NCBI RefSeq assembly: GCF_004010195.1
Contig: NC_057720.1
Location: forward strand, 9,618,289-9,653,613
DNA: 35,325 nucleotides
Direction: 5' to 3'
Source: Chiloscyllium plagiosum
Taxonomy: Eukaryota
The stretch's first letter is position 1. Every line of letters starts with the position of its first letter. The notes under the pieces are model-generated. The model ran no database searches. It was not told where the DNA came from and saw only the letters and a program-made list of their open reading frames with translations. Below are positions 1 through 11,285 of the stretch, one piece after another. The position numbers and the translations under genes are program-made.

Positions 1-272
1 TTATTTCCCAAGAGTAGGTCAAGTTTTGCACCTTCTCGAGTAGGTATATCCACATACTGAATCAGAAAATTGTCTTGTACGCACTTAACAAATTCCTCTC
101 CATCTAAACCTTTAACACTATGGCAGTCCCAGTCTATGTTTGGAAAGTTAAAATCTCCTACCATAATTACCCTATTATTCTTACAGATAGCTGAAATCTC
201 CTCACAAGTTTGTTTCTCAATTTCCCTCTGACAGTTAGGGGGTCTATAATACAATCCCAATAAGGTGATCAT
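1..272 (-). mobile_element. CR1-clade LINE fragment, APE endonuclease region (runs off window start)
   Basis: Reverse strand translates to ITLLGLYYRPPN...RVIMVGDFNFPNIDW...PTREGAKLDLLLGN, containing the YRPP, GDFN and PTR..LDL motifs of CR1 endonucleases. Confidence 0.9.
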
Positions 273-1975
273 ATACCCATCCAGATGCCTTTTAAATGTT
301 GTAATTGTACCAGCCATCCAACACTTGGTCTGACAGCTCATTTTATACATGCACCACCCTCTGTGTGAAAACGTTGCCCCTTAGGTCCCTTTCTAATCAT
401 TCCTCTCTCACCTTAAACCCGTGCCCTCTAGTTCTGGACTCTCCGACCCCAGGGAAAATACTTTGTCTATTTGTCCTATCCATGCCCCTCATTATTTTGT
501 AAATCTCTGTGAGGTCACCCCTCAGCCTCCGACACTCCAGGGAAAACAGCCCCAACCTGTTCAGATCCTCCAACACTGGCAACATCCTTGTAAGTTTTTT
601 CTGAACCCTTTCAAGTTTCACGACATCCTTCCGACAAGAAGGAGACCAGAACTGCATGCAATATTCGAACAGTGGTCAAACCCACGTCCTGTACAACTGC
701 AACATGACCTCCCAACCCCTGTACTCAATACTCTGACCAATAAAGAAAAGCATACCAAACACCTTCTTCACTATCCTATCTACCTGCAACTCCACTTTCA
801 AGGAGCTATGAACCTGCACTCCAAGGTTTCTTTGTTCGACAACACTCCCGAGTCCTTGCCATTAAGTGTATAAGGCCTGCTAAGATTTGCTTTCCCAAAA
901 TGCAGCACATCACATTTATCTAAATTAAAGTCCATCTGCCACTCCTCAGCCCATTGGCCCATCTGATCAAGATTCCATTGTAATCTACGGTAACCTTCTT
1001 CACTGTCCACTTCACCTCCAATTTTGGTGTCATCTGCAAACTTACTAACCATACCTCTTATGTTCATCTCCAAATCATTTGTATAAATATCGAAAATAAA
1101 TGGACCCAACATTGAACCTTTTGGCACTCCACTGATCACAGGCCTCCAGTGTGAAAAACAACCATCCACCATCACCCTCTGTCTTCTACCTTTGAGCCAG
1201 TTTTGTTTCCAAATGGCTAGTTCCCCCTATATTCCGTGAGATCTAACCTTGCTCATCAATCTCCCATGGGGAACCTTGTCAAACGCCTTACTGAAATCCA
1301 TATAGATCACATCTACCACTCTGCCCTCAACAGTCCTCTTTGTTACTTTTCCAAAAAGCTCAATCAAGTTTGTGAGACATGATTTCCCTCACACAAAGCC
1401 ATGTTGACTATCCCCAATCAGTCCTTGCCTTTCCAAATGCATATAAATCCTGTCCTTCAGGATTTCCTCCAAAAACTTGCCCACCACCGATGTCAGGCTC
1501 ACCGGTCTGTAGTTCCCTAGCTTGTCCTTACCACCTTTCTTAAGTAATGGTACCATGTTAGCCAACGTCCGGTCTTCTGGCACCTCACCTGTGACTATTG
1601 ATGATACAAATATCTCAGTAAGGGGCCCAGCAATCACTTCTCTAGCTTCCCACAGAGTTCTAGGGTATACCTGATCAGGTCCTGGGGATTTATCCACCTT
1701 TATTCATTTCAAGACAACCAGCACTTACTCCTCTGTAATATGGACATTTTTCAAGATGTCACCACCTATTCCCCCACATTCTATAACTTTCCATGTCCAG
1801 TAAACACTGATGTAAATATTCATTTAGTGTCTCCCCCATGTCCTGCAGCTCCACACAAAGGCTACCTTGCTGATCTTTGAGGAGCCCCATTCGATCCCTA
1901 GTTACCGTCTTGACCTTAATGTATTTGTAAAAACCCTTTGGAAGCTCCTTAACCCTATTTGCCAAAGCTATCTAA
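271..1975 (-). mobile_element. CR1-clade (HER1-like) LINE, decayed ORF2 RT and C-terminal region, lacking 3' tail
   Basis: ORF fragments KSPGPD..NYRPVSLTSVVGK..SQHGF (1389-1697), GVPKGSMLGP..KFADD (798-1175) and LERVQ..RRLRGDL..RTRGH (397-657), broken by stops and frameshifts. Confidence 0.95.
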
Positions 1976-2021
1976 TGCAGGTCGATGGTAACTTTACCAG
2001 ATTTCGACTCCCTCGAGCTAC

Positions 2022-2212
2022 TTAGAATCCCTACAATGTGGAAGCAGGCCAATCGGCCCATCGAATCCACACCGACCCTCCAAAGAGACCCCCCCAGACC
2101 CGCCCCGTAACCTTTCATTTCCTATGGCTTATCCACCTCGCCTACAAATCCCTGGACGCTATGGGCAATTTAGCCTGACCAATCCACCTAACCCGCATAT
2201 CTTTGGACTGCT
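2022..2212 (-). mobile_element. HE1-like V-SINE, 3' half
   Basis: Matches the 3' half of the copies at 2917-3206 and 8268-8600 (tail ..ccctacaatgtggaagcaggcc.. to ..catatctttggactg). Confidence 0.8.
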
Positions 2213-2916
2213 TGAGACCCTTAAACATTATTTACAAAATCATGGTCATACACACACTCTTTTTGGCTCTGGCAGGGTTTTTTAGATGTTTGTTAGGCCT
2301 TTAACATTCCTTATTCCAAGTTAATTTAGAGATTGCTGCTACTGCCAAATGCCTTTATACATCACATGTACATACTCAGTCTGTAACCACACAGAGGTGA
2401 TTCTGTGCAGTCAGGAATGACTTTTGTACCAATTGGTAACAGCAGGCACTTTGTTGCATCGATTATTTGGCACTTTTATCATTATTACATCACTATTCTT
2501 GTTATTCAATTCCAATTTTTGCATGTTTATTGCTCCAACCCACCACCTCTCTGGATGATGAAAACGCCCCCCAGGGCTCATTTGCAGTTAGTCTCTCCAT
2601 GAGATTGAGGACAATTATTTTGCTGTTTCTCTCACTGGGTAAACACTTTATCCCCAGGCTGATCCGAGAAACACGGGAAAAAATGCACCAGTTCTGAGAT
2701 TTGAAGAGAAAAGTCATTCGGAAAGCATTAGCTGAATGTTAACAAAAAAATAAACATCTCAAAGGAAAGATAAGCGTTAAAAATGCATTCACAATTATTC
2801 CTTTTTGTGCTGGCAAACTTTAACCTTCAACATTCCTTCACCGACACATTAAAATGGAAAATACAGCTTTAATGTGCAGGTATAGACACAAACAAATCTC
2901 CTTTTTCCGACTCAGA

Positions 2917-3206
2917 ATTAGATTACATTACAGTGTGGAAACAGGCCCTTCGGCCCAACAAGTCCACACCGACCCGCCGAAGCGCAACCCACCCATACCC
3001 CTACATTTACCCCTTACCTAACACTATGGACAATTTAGCATGGCCAATTCACCTGACTTGCGCATCTCTGGACTGTGGGAGGAAACCGGAGCACCCGGAG
3101 GAAACCCACGCAGACACGGGGGGAATATGCAAACTCCACACAGTCAGTCGCCTGAGGCGGGAATTGAACCCGGGTCTCTGGCGCTGTGAGGCAGCAGTGC
3201 TAACCA
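2917..3206 (-). mobile_element. HE1-like tRNA-derived V-SINE, young copy, slightly 5'-truncated
   Basis: Reverse strand reads TGGTTAGCACTGCTGCCTCACAGCGCCAGAGACCCGGGTTCAATTCCC (tRNA-like head with box B), then V-domain-like GTCTGCGTGGGTTTCCTCCGGGTGCTCCGGTTTCCTCCCACAGTCC, a CR1-type tail and TAATC repeats; many CpGs retained. Confidence 0.92.
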
Positions 3207-3234
3207 AAGAGAATGTCCCAGAACTCTTTCACAA

Positions 3235-3440
3235 ATGCTACAGATGCTGGAAATCGTAAAAAAATGTTTGCAGAAGACTCTCAACAGGTCAGTTAGCTTC
3301 TGTTCTAACGAACAGAGTGAATGATATTACTCAATGACCTCTCATCAGAGATCTCGATTAATGAAACCATCGACCTGAAATGTTAACCGTGTTTCCACAG
3401 ATGCCACCTGACTTCCTGAGTTCTTCCAATTTTGCTTTGC
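3235..3440. mobile_element. Degenerate fold-back element, family P3
   Basis: cagatgctggaaatc..ctcaacaggtc arm, inverted ..ccacagatgccacctgacttcctgagttcttcc arm; remnant ctcatcag (CTGATGAG on minus) and gacctgaaatgttaac. Confidence 0.55.
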
Positions 3441-3444
3441 TTTG

Positions 3445-4130
3445 CATTCATTAAGGGATGTGGGCATCACTGGCTGGGCAAGCATCTATTATCTGTCTCT
3501 TGTTGCCCTTGAACCGTTGCAGACCACACACTGTGGGTAGACTCATTATTCTGTTCAAGAGGGAATTCCAGGATGTTTGAACCCAGTGAAGGAACGGTGA
3601 TGCATTTTCAAGTCAGAAGGGTAGGCGACTTGGAGGGGAACTTGCAGATGGTAGTCTTCTAATGGATGGGATGTCCTTGGTGACATGGTGGCTCAGGGGT
3701 TAGCACTGCTGCCTCACACCACCAGGGACCCCAGTTTGATTTCCAGCTTGAGCAACTCACTGCGTGGAGTTTGCACATTCTCTCTGTGTCTGCGCGGGTT
3801 TCCTCTGGGTGCTCTGGTTTCCTCCTACAGTCCAAAGATGTGCAGGTCAGCTGAATTGGCCAGCTAAATTGCCCACAGTGTTAGGTGCATTAGTTAGGGG
3901 TAAATATAGGTTGGGGAAATGGATCTGGATGGGTTACTCTTCAGAGGGTCAGTGTGGACTTGTTGGGCCGACTGGCCTGTTTCCACACTGTAGGTAATCT
4001 AATCTTGTCCTTCTGGAGATCATTTGTTTGGAAGGTGCTATCTTAAGATATTTGGCAAATTTCTGCAGTGCATCTTGTCGATGGTTACACACTGCTTGCT
4101 ACTGAACACCAGTGGTGGAGGGAGTGGGTG
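3445..4130 (-). mobile_element. 3' end of the L2/CR1-group LINE family seen at 31775-34035, split by an HE1 SINE
   Basis: Reverse complement aligns with 33420-33690 and with the tail seen at 28770-28845 (..cccagccagtgatgcccacatccc..). Confidence 0.75.
3679..4005 (+). mobile_element. HE1-like V-SINE, full length, 7-bp TSD
   Basis: Box A TGGCTCAGGGGTTAG, box B-like AGTTTGATTTCC, V domain, CR1-type tail, TAATCTAATC; TSD TGTCCTT at 3672-3678 and 4006-4012. Confidence 0.92.
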
Positions 4131-4269
4131 TTCTTTCGTATTTAACCATTGATCAGTTTTTATTAGTGGCAGGATTACAGTCAATTTCCTTCACTTCTCC
4201 ATTTGTGACCCTACCTTCAACTTGTTAGTCCTTGTACTGTCAAATTGTCTTTTGAAATCTCTGTTTCTC

Positions 4270-4460
4270 TGCCTCATTCTCTTCCTTCAAGGAACTCCTT
4301 AATGCCTCACTCTTTGTCAAAGTTTTTGGTCACTATTCCTAATCTCTCACGATGTAGCTCAGTACCAAATTTTGTTCAGACTTTTACATGCAAAGCACCA
4401 TGGGGCAGTTTCCTAAGTTAAAGATGCCACATAAAAACAAGGTAGAGTTTTGTTGTTGAG
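4270..4460 (+). mobile_element. Old L2-type LINE/SINE 3' tail
   Basis: ..gcaaagcaccatggggcagttt..gttaaagatgccacataaaaacaag..ttgttgtt resembles the L2 tail motif (aagcgccttggga..ttaaaggcgctatataaatgcaagttgttgtt). Confidence 0.5.
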
Positions 4461-4804
4461 ATTCAATGTTACCTTTCTGTTCAGCCTAAGCTGGTTTCTA
4501 ATTGGACCCTAATTTTGTCTCTTCAAGCAAGCTTGGTAAATGTGAGACTATCATCTCCATGGTCTTCTTCCATTCTGCCACTTTTTGAAAAAAAGTCTGA
4601 TTATTTGCCACTCCTCGGAGAAATGAAGGTGGGAAAGTTGGGAAACCAGGCACAACCAAGAGATACAAATTCAGTGGAGCAACGCTTCATAGTTTTTTGG
4701 GAGAATAATTTATTTGCATCAAGGTCAGATTCAGCATCTAGTTGTGGCAAGAGTTTAATCTTAAGGACATCAGATAATATGCACTTACAGAGTAGCCCTA
4801 TACT

Positions 4805-5134
4805 GCCATCTAGGCCAGTATTTATTACCCATACCTATTTGCCCAGAGGGCAGTTAAGAGTCAACTACATTGCTGTGGGTCTGGAGTCACATGTAGGACA
4901 GACCAGGTAAGGATGGCAGCTTCCTTCCCTAAAGGACTTTAATGAGCCAGATGGGTTATTCCAACAATCAACAATGGTTTCATGGTCATCGTTAGACTCT
5001 TAATTCGAGATTTTTTAATTAAATTCAAATTCCATCATCTACTATGACAGGATTCGAACTCAGAGGTCTCCAAAGCATTGCTAGGTTGCTAAGTTAACAG
5101 GCTAGTGATGACACCACTAGGCCATTACCTCCCC
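4805..5134 (-). mobile_element. Second tRNA-derived SINE family (SINE-B)
   Basis: Reverse strand starts GGGGAGGTAATGGCCTAGTGG (box A) with GAGTTCGAATCC (box B); body shared with 6960-7333, 18058-18373 and 19757-20113. Confidence 0.85.
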
Positions 5135-5399
5135 TCAAGCGGCAGCTAAATGTAATCACAACAGTGTGAAGTAGCGCTGAGCACAGAAAGATATTCACCC
5201 TACATGTGTTCCATTTTCCAAGGCATCAAATTCATTCTTTTCCAATTGCAACATGAGATGGTTTTCTAAAAGAGTTCTATATTTTCTTGGTCTCAGTCGC
5301 CACTCCCGACTGTCTTACAATCGATCACTGTCCATGCACAGGCAAAGTCCCTGATGTCTATCTTGAACATACAAACACAGCTGTGGTTCATTAGATGTT

Positions 5400-6250
5400 A
5401 CTCTTGCTCCTGAGTGATGGAATAGTTACTGCACAGAAAGAGGCCATTTCATGCTCTCAGCCAGTACATCTCAGATCTTATCTAATCCTCGTGTCACCTT
5501 TGGTTCCTTTATTCATTCCTTTTAAATCATTACCCTCTTTTGTTTTTAATGTCTTTATTTCCAGAATATGGATGTCCCTAGATAGACACCCTTTATTGCC
5601 CAACTCCAAATGTCCTGCAGAACATGGTGGTGAGCTGTCTTCTTGTTCTACTGCAGTCATGGGGTCTGGGGACACCCACAGTACTATTAGGGAGGTAATT
5701 GCAGGAATTTAACCCAATGTCTCTGAAGGGACAGCAATATCGTTCCAATCATATCTTCTTGACCCCTCCCACCAATGGGAACAGCTTCTCTCTGTTGACT
5801 CTGTCTGGACACTTCATGATTCTTAAAAGTTTTTATCAAATCTCCTCCCAAACCTCGCTTTTCTAAGGGCAATTTCTATTTGTCTTCTGCAATTGGTCTG
5901 TTACATTGTGCATCTCTTTACAATTAGTATGCAGCTGCCCATCTTAAGGGAAGCCCAGTTTTCGCAAGCCCTGTCCTGTCCCTGTATTGCACATTCCTGA
6001 CTGCCACTGAGTTTTCCCAATCAATCAATGAAATTGAAGTCCCTCAGCTCTGAATCCATTCCCATAAATCGTTCCAGTACCCTCTCTAAAAGCTTTAACC
6101 GAAAAGTGTGGTGGTAACAATGTTTCAATTGAAGACATATTGATGTCTCATAAAAGTTCGCCATAGCTTCGTTGCTTTTGTGCTTTATATATTTATCTAT
6201 AAAGCCAGAAGTTTGCAAGTTCATGTCCTGCTCCAAAGGTCTGAATGCAA
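5400..6250 (-). mobile_element. Cluster of highly degraded CR1 and L2/CR1-group LINE fragments
   Basis: ORF remnants LEKRGLGGDLIKTFK (5687-5872) and LLERVLERF (6021-6272); LINE tail-like sequence at about 5570-5750. Confidence 0.6.
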
Positions 6251-6327
6251 AACTATGGTTGAGATTTCTCAATGAAAACAGATTCGCTGTTCATGTTTAT
6301 TATTGCATGCAGCAAAACGACTGATAA

Positions 6328-6580
6328 TCTGGCAGCATCTGTGGTGAGAGAAACAGAGTTAATGTAAAGTCATTTCTCCAGTCAATGGAGCAGCGCTCCG
6401 AAAGCTTGTGATTTCAACTAAAAATGTTGGACTATAAGCTGGTGTCATGTGACTTCTGGCTTTACCAGACTCAAAACATTAATTCCGTTTTTCTCTCTCC
6501 ACTGATGCTGCCAGACCTGCTGAGCATCTCACTCATTCTCACTGTTTCAGATCTCCAGCATCCACGGTATTGTGCTTTAA
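6328..6580. mobile_element. Fold-back P3 element with a nested P2 fragment (about 6387-6465)
   Basis: tctggcagcatctgtggtgagagaaacagagttaatg is inverted relative to cattaattccgtttttctctctccactgatgctgccaga; the inner ggagcagcgctccgaaagcttgtg matches P2 stem II plus GAAA. Confidence 0.7.
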
Positions 6581-6959
6581 AATGATATTGTTTCATTAAC
6601 TGTAATTCAGAAGACTGTGCTCTGGAAATGTAAGCATTTCAGTCTTCACCCTTTCAGAATCCAGAGTGAAAAAGAAGATTTTCCTACCTGTTATTTTTCA
6701 TTTAATTCTGTCCACTAATGCTGGGATGATTGACTAATAAGCTTGTAGAATAAACACATCCATGCTATACTCCCGAAGGAGAAGTTGAACCAGAGGTTAG
6801 GAGCTACACCATTGTAAGAGTAATTGAATGCTCTTCGATCTGACTTGCACATTAGGAATACATTTCTGTGCTTAGGAAGACTTGGTCCACAAAGCAAACT
6901 TCACACAGGAACTGGCTCTGCTAACAACGTAACACATATATACTGATGTTTTCCTTGAG

Positions 6960-7333
6960 TCATTCACAGGATGAGAGCATCACTGGCTAAGCCAGCATTT
7001 ATTGCCACTCCCTAATTGCCCAGAGGGCATTTAAGAGTTAACCACATTACATGGAGTCACGTGTAGGCTAGACCTGGTAAGGATGGCAGTTTCCTTCTCT
7101 AAAGGGCACTAATGAACTAGATGGGTTTTTCCAACAATCAACAATGGGTTCACGTCACCATTGGACTCCTAATTGGAGATTTTTATTGAATTCACATTCC
7201 AGCATCTGCTGTGGTGGCATTCAAACTTGGATCCCCAGTTCGGGGTTGGGAGCGAGGGAGATGGGGGTGGGAGGCAGGGGTGATCTCTGGGTTAACAGTC
7301 CAACGATAATAGGCTGAGGTCATCTGCCTCCCT
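6960..7333 (-). mobile_element. SINE-B copy with an internal G-rich insertion
   Basis: Colinear with 4805-5134; extra G-rich segment at about 7240-7281. Confidence 0.8.
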
Positions 7334-8019
7334 GCAACTGCAAAGGAAGCATTGATACCAAATAAAGGAGTAGGTTAACTCCAGGAAATTTTGTTGCTTT
7401 TCTCTGTGGAGAGAGCTAAGTTTCACAGCTGACTCTGGTGTGATAGCACGTTTAGAAGTCCCAGTGCATGGATTAGAAATCTAATTATCACAGACTGAAA
7501 CAAGGGACTGTAAATTGCCTGGCCGGGTAGTGGGACTATCACCATCCTGAGAGCTCTGCAAGCTGTAATTGGCTAATGCTGGGATGCTCCAAGACCAAGT
7601 GAACTTCAGCCAAACGAGATAAGAAGTTGCACAATTAGTAGGTACCACTCCAAAAGGATGCTTAGAAAATAAAGGTTGCAATGCATTAAATTGCAAGTTA
7701 TAATTACAAGACTTGTCTAAGTCATGCAGCTCTCTGTGTGAGAGCTGACAGTGCATAAGGCCAATTTAAAACCTATAAGCCTGAGAAGAATTGGCTGGAT
7801 GCGTGCTTAATTACATTAACTTAATGCGAAGCATCATTCTGAAAATGAATTGTGCAGCAAGATGTGGAGAACAAAAAGGAGTCCAGGTTTTCATAGTCAG
7901 ATGCCAGTACATTGTAATTTAATACCTTTCTAAATGCTCCGTGCTCTTGCCTCAGCTTCCCTGCGCAACTTAATTCTACTGTATACCCTCATTTGTCAAA
8001 ATCTTGACTGGCTTTATCT

Positions 8020-8158
8020 GAGCAGTAGCTCAGTCAGAAGCACTCACTGTATCGAGATCAGAAGGTTATGGGTTTAGGTCCAATGGTTTGTGCACAGTCG
8101 CTTAGGACTGAAAAAGGAATTCTGAGTTATCAAAGCTGCTGTCTTTTCAGCGAATGAG
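8020..8158 (+). mobile_element. Deu-domain SINE (SacSINE1/AmnSINE1-like), 5' part; continues at 9551-9630
   Basis: Degenerate tRNA-like head (gtagctcagt..gggtttaggtcc), then gctgctgtcttttcag; the Deu core resumes at 9551 (caggtggatgtaaacaacccaatgggact..aagaaga); GAATGAG duplicated at 8152-8158 and 9551-9557. Confidence 0.55.
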
Positions 8159-8267
8159 ATGTACAGAAGAAGCCATTCAGGTCTGCACAGGCAAAATCTA
8201 CTCTAAATGGACTCTTGCTCCGGCATTAGGTCCACAGCCTTGAATGTCACCACATATCAGCTTGTTT

Positions 8268-8600
8268 CATAGAATCCCTACAGTGTGGGAACAGACCCTT
8301 CGGCCCAACAAATCCACACCGACCCTCTGAAGAGTAACCCACCCAGATCCCTACCCTAATACCTGATATTTATCCCTGCCTAATACACATCCCTGAACAC
8401 GATGGGCAATATTTAGCATGACCAATTCACCTAAGCTGCACATCTTTAGACTGTCGGAGGAAACCAGAACACCCAGAGGAATCACATACAGACAAGGGGA
8501 GAATGTGCAAACTCTACACAGTCGCCCAAGCCTGGAATTGAACCCAGGTCCCTGGTGCTGTGAAGCAGCAGTGTTAACCACTGAGCCACCGTGTCAGCCC
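8268..8600 (-). mobile_element. HE1-like V-SINE, full length
   Basis: Reverse strand GGGCTGACACGGTGGCTCAGTGGTTAACACTGCTGC..GGGTTCAATTCC; tail ..cactgtagggattctatg. Confidence 0.9.
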
Positions 8601-9106
8601 TTTTGTAAAGGTTGTGAGGTTTCCAGCCTCAACAAGCCTCCCAGGCAGTGCACTCCAGATTCCGACCACCCTCTGGAGACAATATCTTCCTCAAATTCCC
8701 TCTATACCTCCTGCCTTACACTTTACAATTAAGCCCGCTCATCATTGACCCTTCAACTTAGGGAGACAGCTGCTTCCTATCCACCCTGTCCATGCCCCTT
8801 ATAATCTTATTACCTCTGTCAGGTCATGCTTCAAACTCTCTGCTCCAAAGGAAACAATCTGAGCTTATCCACTGTCTCTTCATAACTAAAATTCTCCTAC
8901 CCAGGTAACATCCTGGTAAATCGTCTCTGCATCCCCGACACTGCCATCACATCCTTCCTATAGTGCAGTGACCAGAACTGCACACAGTATCCCAACTGTG
9001 GCCGAATCAAAGCTCCAATATAACCTCCCTGCCTTTAGAATCCATGCCATGACTGTTCAAAGCCAGCATCCTGTGTGCCTTCTTAACAAACCATTCGCTT
9101 CGTCCT

Positions 9107-9308
9107 AAATAAAAAATGAAAGAACTGCGGATTCTGTAAATCAGAAAGAAAAGCAGAGATTGCTGGAGAAGCTCAGCAGGTCTGGCACCATTTGTGGAGA
9201 GGAATCAGACTTAATATTTCAGGTCCGGTAACCTATTCTCAGAACTTTAACTCTGATTTCTCTTCACAGATGCAGCCGGAAATGCGGAGCTTTTCCAGCA
9301 ACTTCTGT
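9107..9308. mobile_element. Fold-back P3 element with a degenerate hammerhead core on the minus strand
   Basis: Arms cagagattgctggagaagctc..tgtggagaggaatcagacttaa and ttaactctgatttctcttcacagatgc..gagcttttccagcaacttctg; minus strand reads CTGAGAA-TAGGTT-ACCG-GACCT-GAAA-TATT; flanked by GTCCT on both sides. Confidence 0.75.
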
Positions 9309-9679
9309 CCTGCCCCCTTTAGGAATCGTGTATAAACCCCCAGTATCCCTCTGTTCCTTTGAGCTTCCTACTGTCCTGCCATTCATTGTCTTGGTACTTC
9401 CCCTAAAGTGCATCACTTCACATGTATCACAGTGAAATTCCATCTGCCACTGATCTGCCCATCTGGCCAGTCCATTTCTATCTTCCTGTCGCCGAAGTCC
9501 TTCTTCCTGACTGTCAACCACCTGACCAATCTTCATCTCATCCACATTTTGAATGAGTCTTCAAACTGAGATCCCATTCACTCCCACAGGTGGATGTAAA
9601 CAACCCAATGGGACTGTCACAAAGAAGACTCCCATATATGTCAAAGTATTTTAAACCATGTTGTGTCCATGGTATAATA

Positions 9680-9840
9680 AAACTAAAGTGCTGCAGATTC
9701 TGGAAATCTGAAACAAACACAGTGAATGTTGGAGAACACCACAGGTCTGGCAGCATCTGCGGAAAGAGAGAAACAGAGTTAATCTTTCAATTCCAATCTG
9801 ACTTTACTCTGGCTTCTCCAGCACTTTTGTTTCTGTTTTT
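9680..9840. mobile_element. P3 family fragment
   Basis: gctgcagattctggaaatctgaaacaaac..caggtctggcagcatctgcggaaagagagaaacagagttaa shared with other P3 copies. Confidence 0.65.
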
Positions 9841-10129
9841 GATTTTATGGGATTCCATTCCGACATTGAGCAACATCAAACCAGAATCAAGATAAAGGAT
9901 CTTCCCTGGTGTGATATAACTTTTATGCTCCTATAGGAACTTGACATATCCTCTTTCCTGCTTCAGAGTTGTTAGGCTAATTTAGACTAGTTTACTACAC
10001 TGCTGAGTAAGCAATAGTAATGGTGTCTCTTTGCGTTAATGTGGTAGCTTTTAACATCAACATTCTTTCAGTGAGCCTCACATGGCAAGAGGGAACCATT
10101 CGAATTAGGAAATCCTTTAGGTTTGCCCA

Positions 10130-10290
10130 AGAGGGTGGATGAACCCTCCATTTAATATCTCACCGAGGAAACCAACACTTCAGCAATTGCACTCTCTTGA
10201 CCTAAAAGAGGAGTATCAGCCTAGATTTTATACTTAAGTTCCTGGAATGGGACTTGAACCTACAGCTTTACAGCTTGTCACTGTGTCATG
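10130..10290 (-). mobile_element. Deu-domain SINE 5' fragment
   Basis: gagtatcagcctagatttttatacttaagttcctggaatgggacttgaacctac; reverse strand has box B GGTTCAAGTCCC and resembles the 5' part of the 27520-27890 element. Confidence 0.5.
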
Positions 10291-10571
10291 ACTATATCTG
10301 TATATTAAACTATCACTCCCAGATGAGAGGTTGAAGATTTCCCAGGGTTCTCATGTTGTTTATTACCCATTGACCTTGGCAGCGATCATGTCCAATGTGC
10401 CCAACAATGTTGGCCCTTCCTGGAGATGTGGATCTGTTAGAAAAGATAAGACCAGGTATCAACCCAGGACCAACCTTGGTTTATGTGCCTTAACTTCACT
10501 GATTCTCTCTGCACTGAGCAAAAATAATTGACAGTCTTTCCTTTAGTTTGCTCTCAGTTTTTGTTTTAATT

Positions 10572-11075
10572 GATTTGTTCACAGGATCTAGGTGCCACTG
10601 AATGGGTTAGTATTTCTTGCTTGGCTCTGAATACCCCTTGGGAAGGTGGTGGTGAGTTCCCTTCACCCACCAGTGCAGTCTATTGGGTATAAGTGCACCC
10701 ACAATGCATTTAGGGGTGGAGTTTATGACTTTGACCCAGTGACACTGAAGGTACAATGATGTGGTTCCAAGGCAGGATGGTGTGTGACTTGGAGGGGCCT
10801 TCCAGGTAGTGCTGTTTCTGTTCACCTGCTGCCCTTGTCCTTCCAGGTGGTAGAAGTTGCAGGTTTGGAAGATGTTGTCAGTGGAACCTTTGTGAATTGC
10901 TGCAGTGCATCTTGTAGATGGGTACACATTGTTGTCGCTGTGCATCCATGTTGGAAGGAATAAATGCTGAACGTGGGGTGTGACTGGAGTATAAAATAAA
11001 CAGGCTCTTGTTCTGAGTGGTGTTGAATGAGTTCAGTATTGTTAGATCTGCGTCCATCCAGACAAGTAGAATATA
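10572..11075 (-). mobile_element. 3' end of the L2/CR1-group LINE family
   Basis: Reverse complement colinear with 33070-33690 and with the tail at 28770-28845. Confidence 0.8.
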
Positions 11076-11091
11076 GGCAATGCTAGTAAGG

Positions 11092-11285
11092 ACAAAGTGA
11101 GGACTGCAGATGCTGGAGATCAGAGCTGAAAAATGTGTTGCTGGAAAAGCGCAGCAGGTCAGGCAGCATCCAAGGAGCAGGAGAATCTTCAGGAAGTCCT
11201 GAAGAAGGACTTATGCCCGAAATGTCGATTCTCCTGCTCCTTGGATGCTGCCTGACCTGCTGCGCTTTTCCAGCAACACATTTTT
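11092..11285 (+). mobile_element. Fold-back P1 element (Penelope-like/retrozyme-like) with a perfect 61-bp inverted repeat and 14-bp TSD
   Basis: 11127-11187 is the exact reverse complement of 11227-11287; the spacer holds CTGAAGA-A-GGAC-TTAT-GCCC-GAAA-TG-TC; TSD CAATGCTAGTAAGG at 11078-11091 and 11286-11299. Confidence 0.9.

Larger units (their letters stand above)
8160..9545 (-). mobile_element. CR1 LINE 3' fragment, interrupted by an HE1 SINE and a P3 element
   Basis: ORF remnant WADQWQMEFHCDTCEVMHF (9264-9545); 8700-9090 aligns with CR1 C-terminal coding sequence at 400-770. Confidence 0.8.

Noticed and set aside
421..873. Antisense ORFs over LINEs and SINEs (also 2933-3259, 21474-21962, 27803-28294, 33635-33985)
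   Set aside because: Shadow frames of repeats with no independent protein signal
3679..3750. tRNA genes at SINE heads (also 8530-8600, 33691-33760)
   Set aside because: Box A/B sequences run directly into V-SINE bodies and tails; no complete cloverleaf
6749..6795. Possible small exon (NKHIHAILPKEKLNQ) that could splice in phase to 11371
   Set aside because: Weak polypyrimidine tract and unrecognised peptide; such matches are expected by chance
11092..11285. Fold-back elements as MITEs or miRNA genes
   Set aside because: Inverted arms are not terminal, TSDs are long and variable (about 9-15 bp), and single-arm and permuted copies exist; no evidence for miRNA processing
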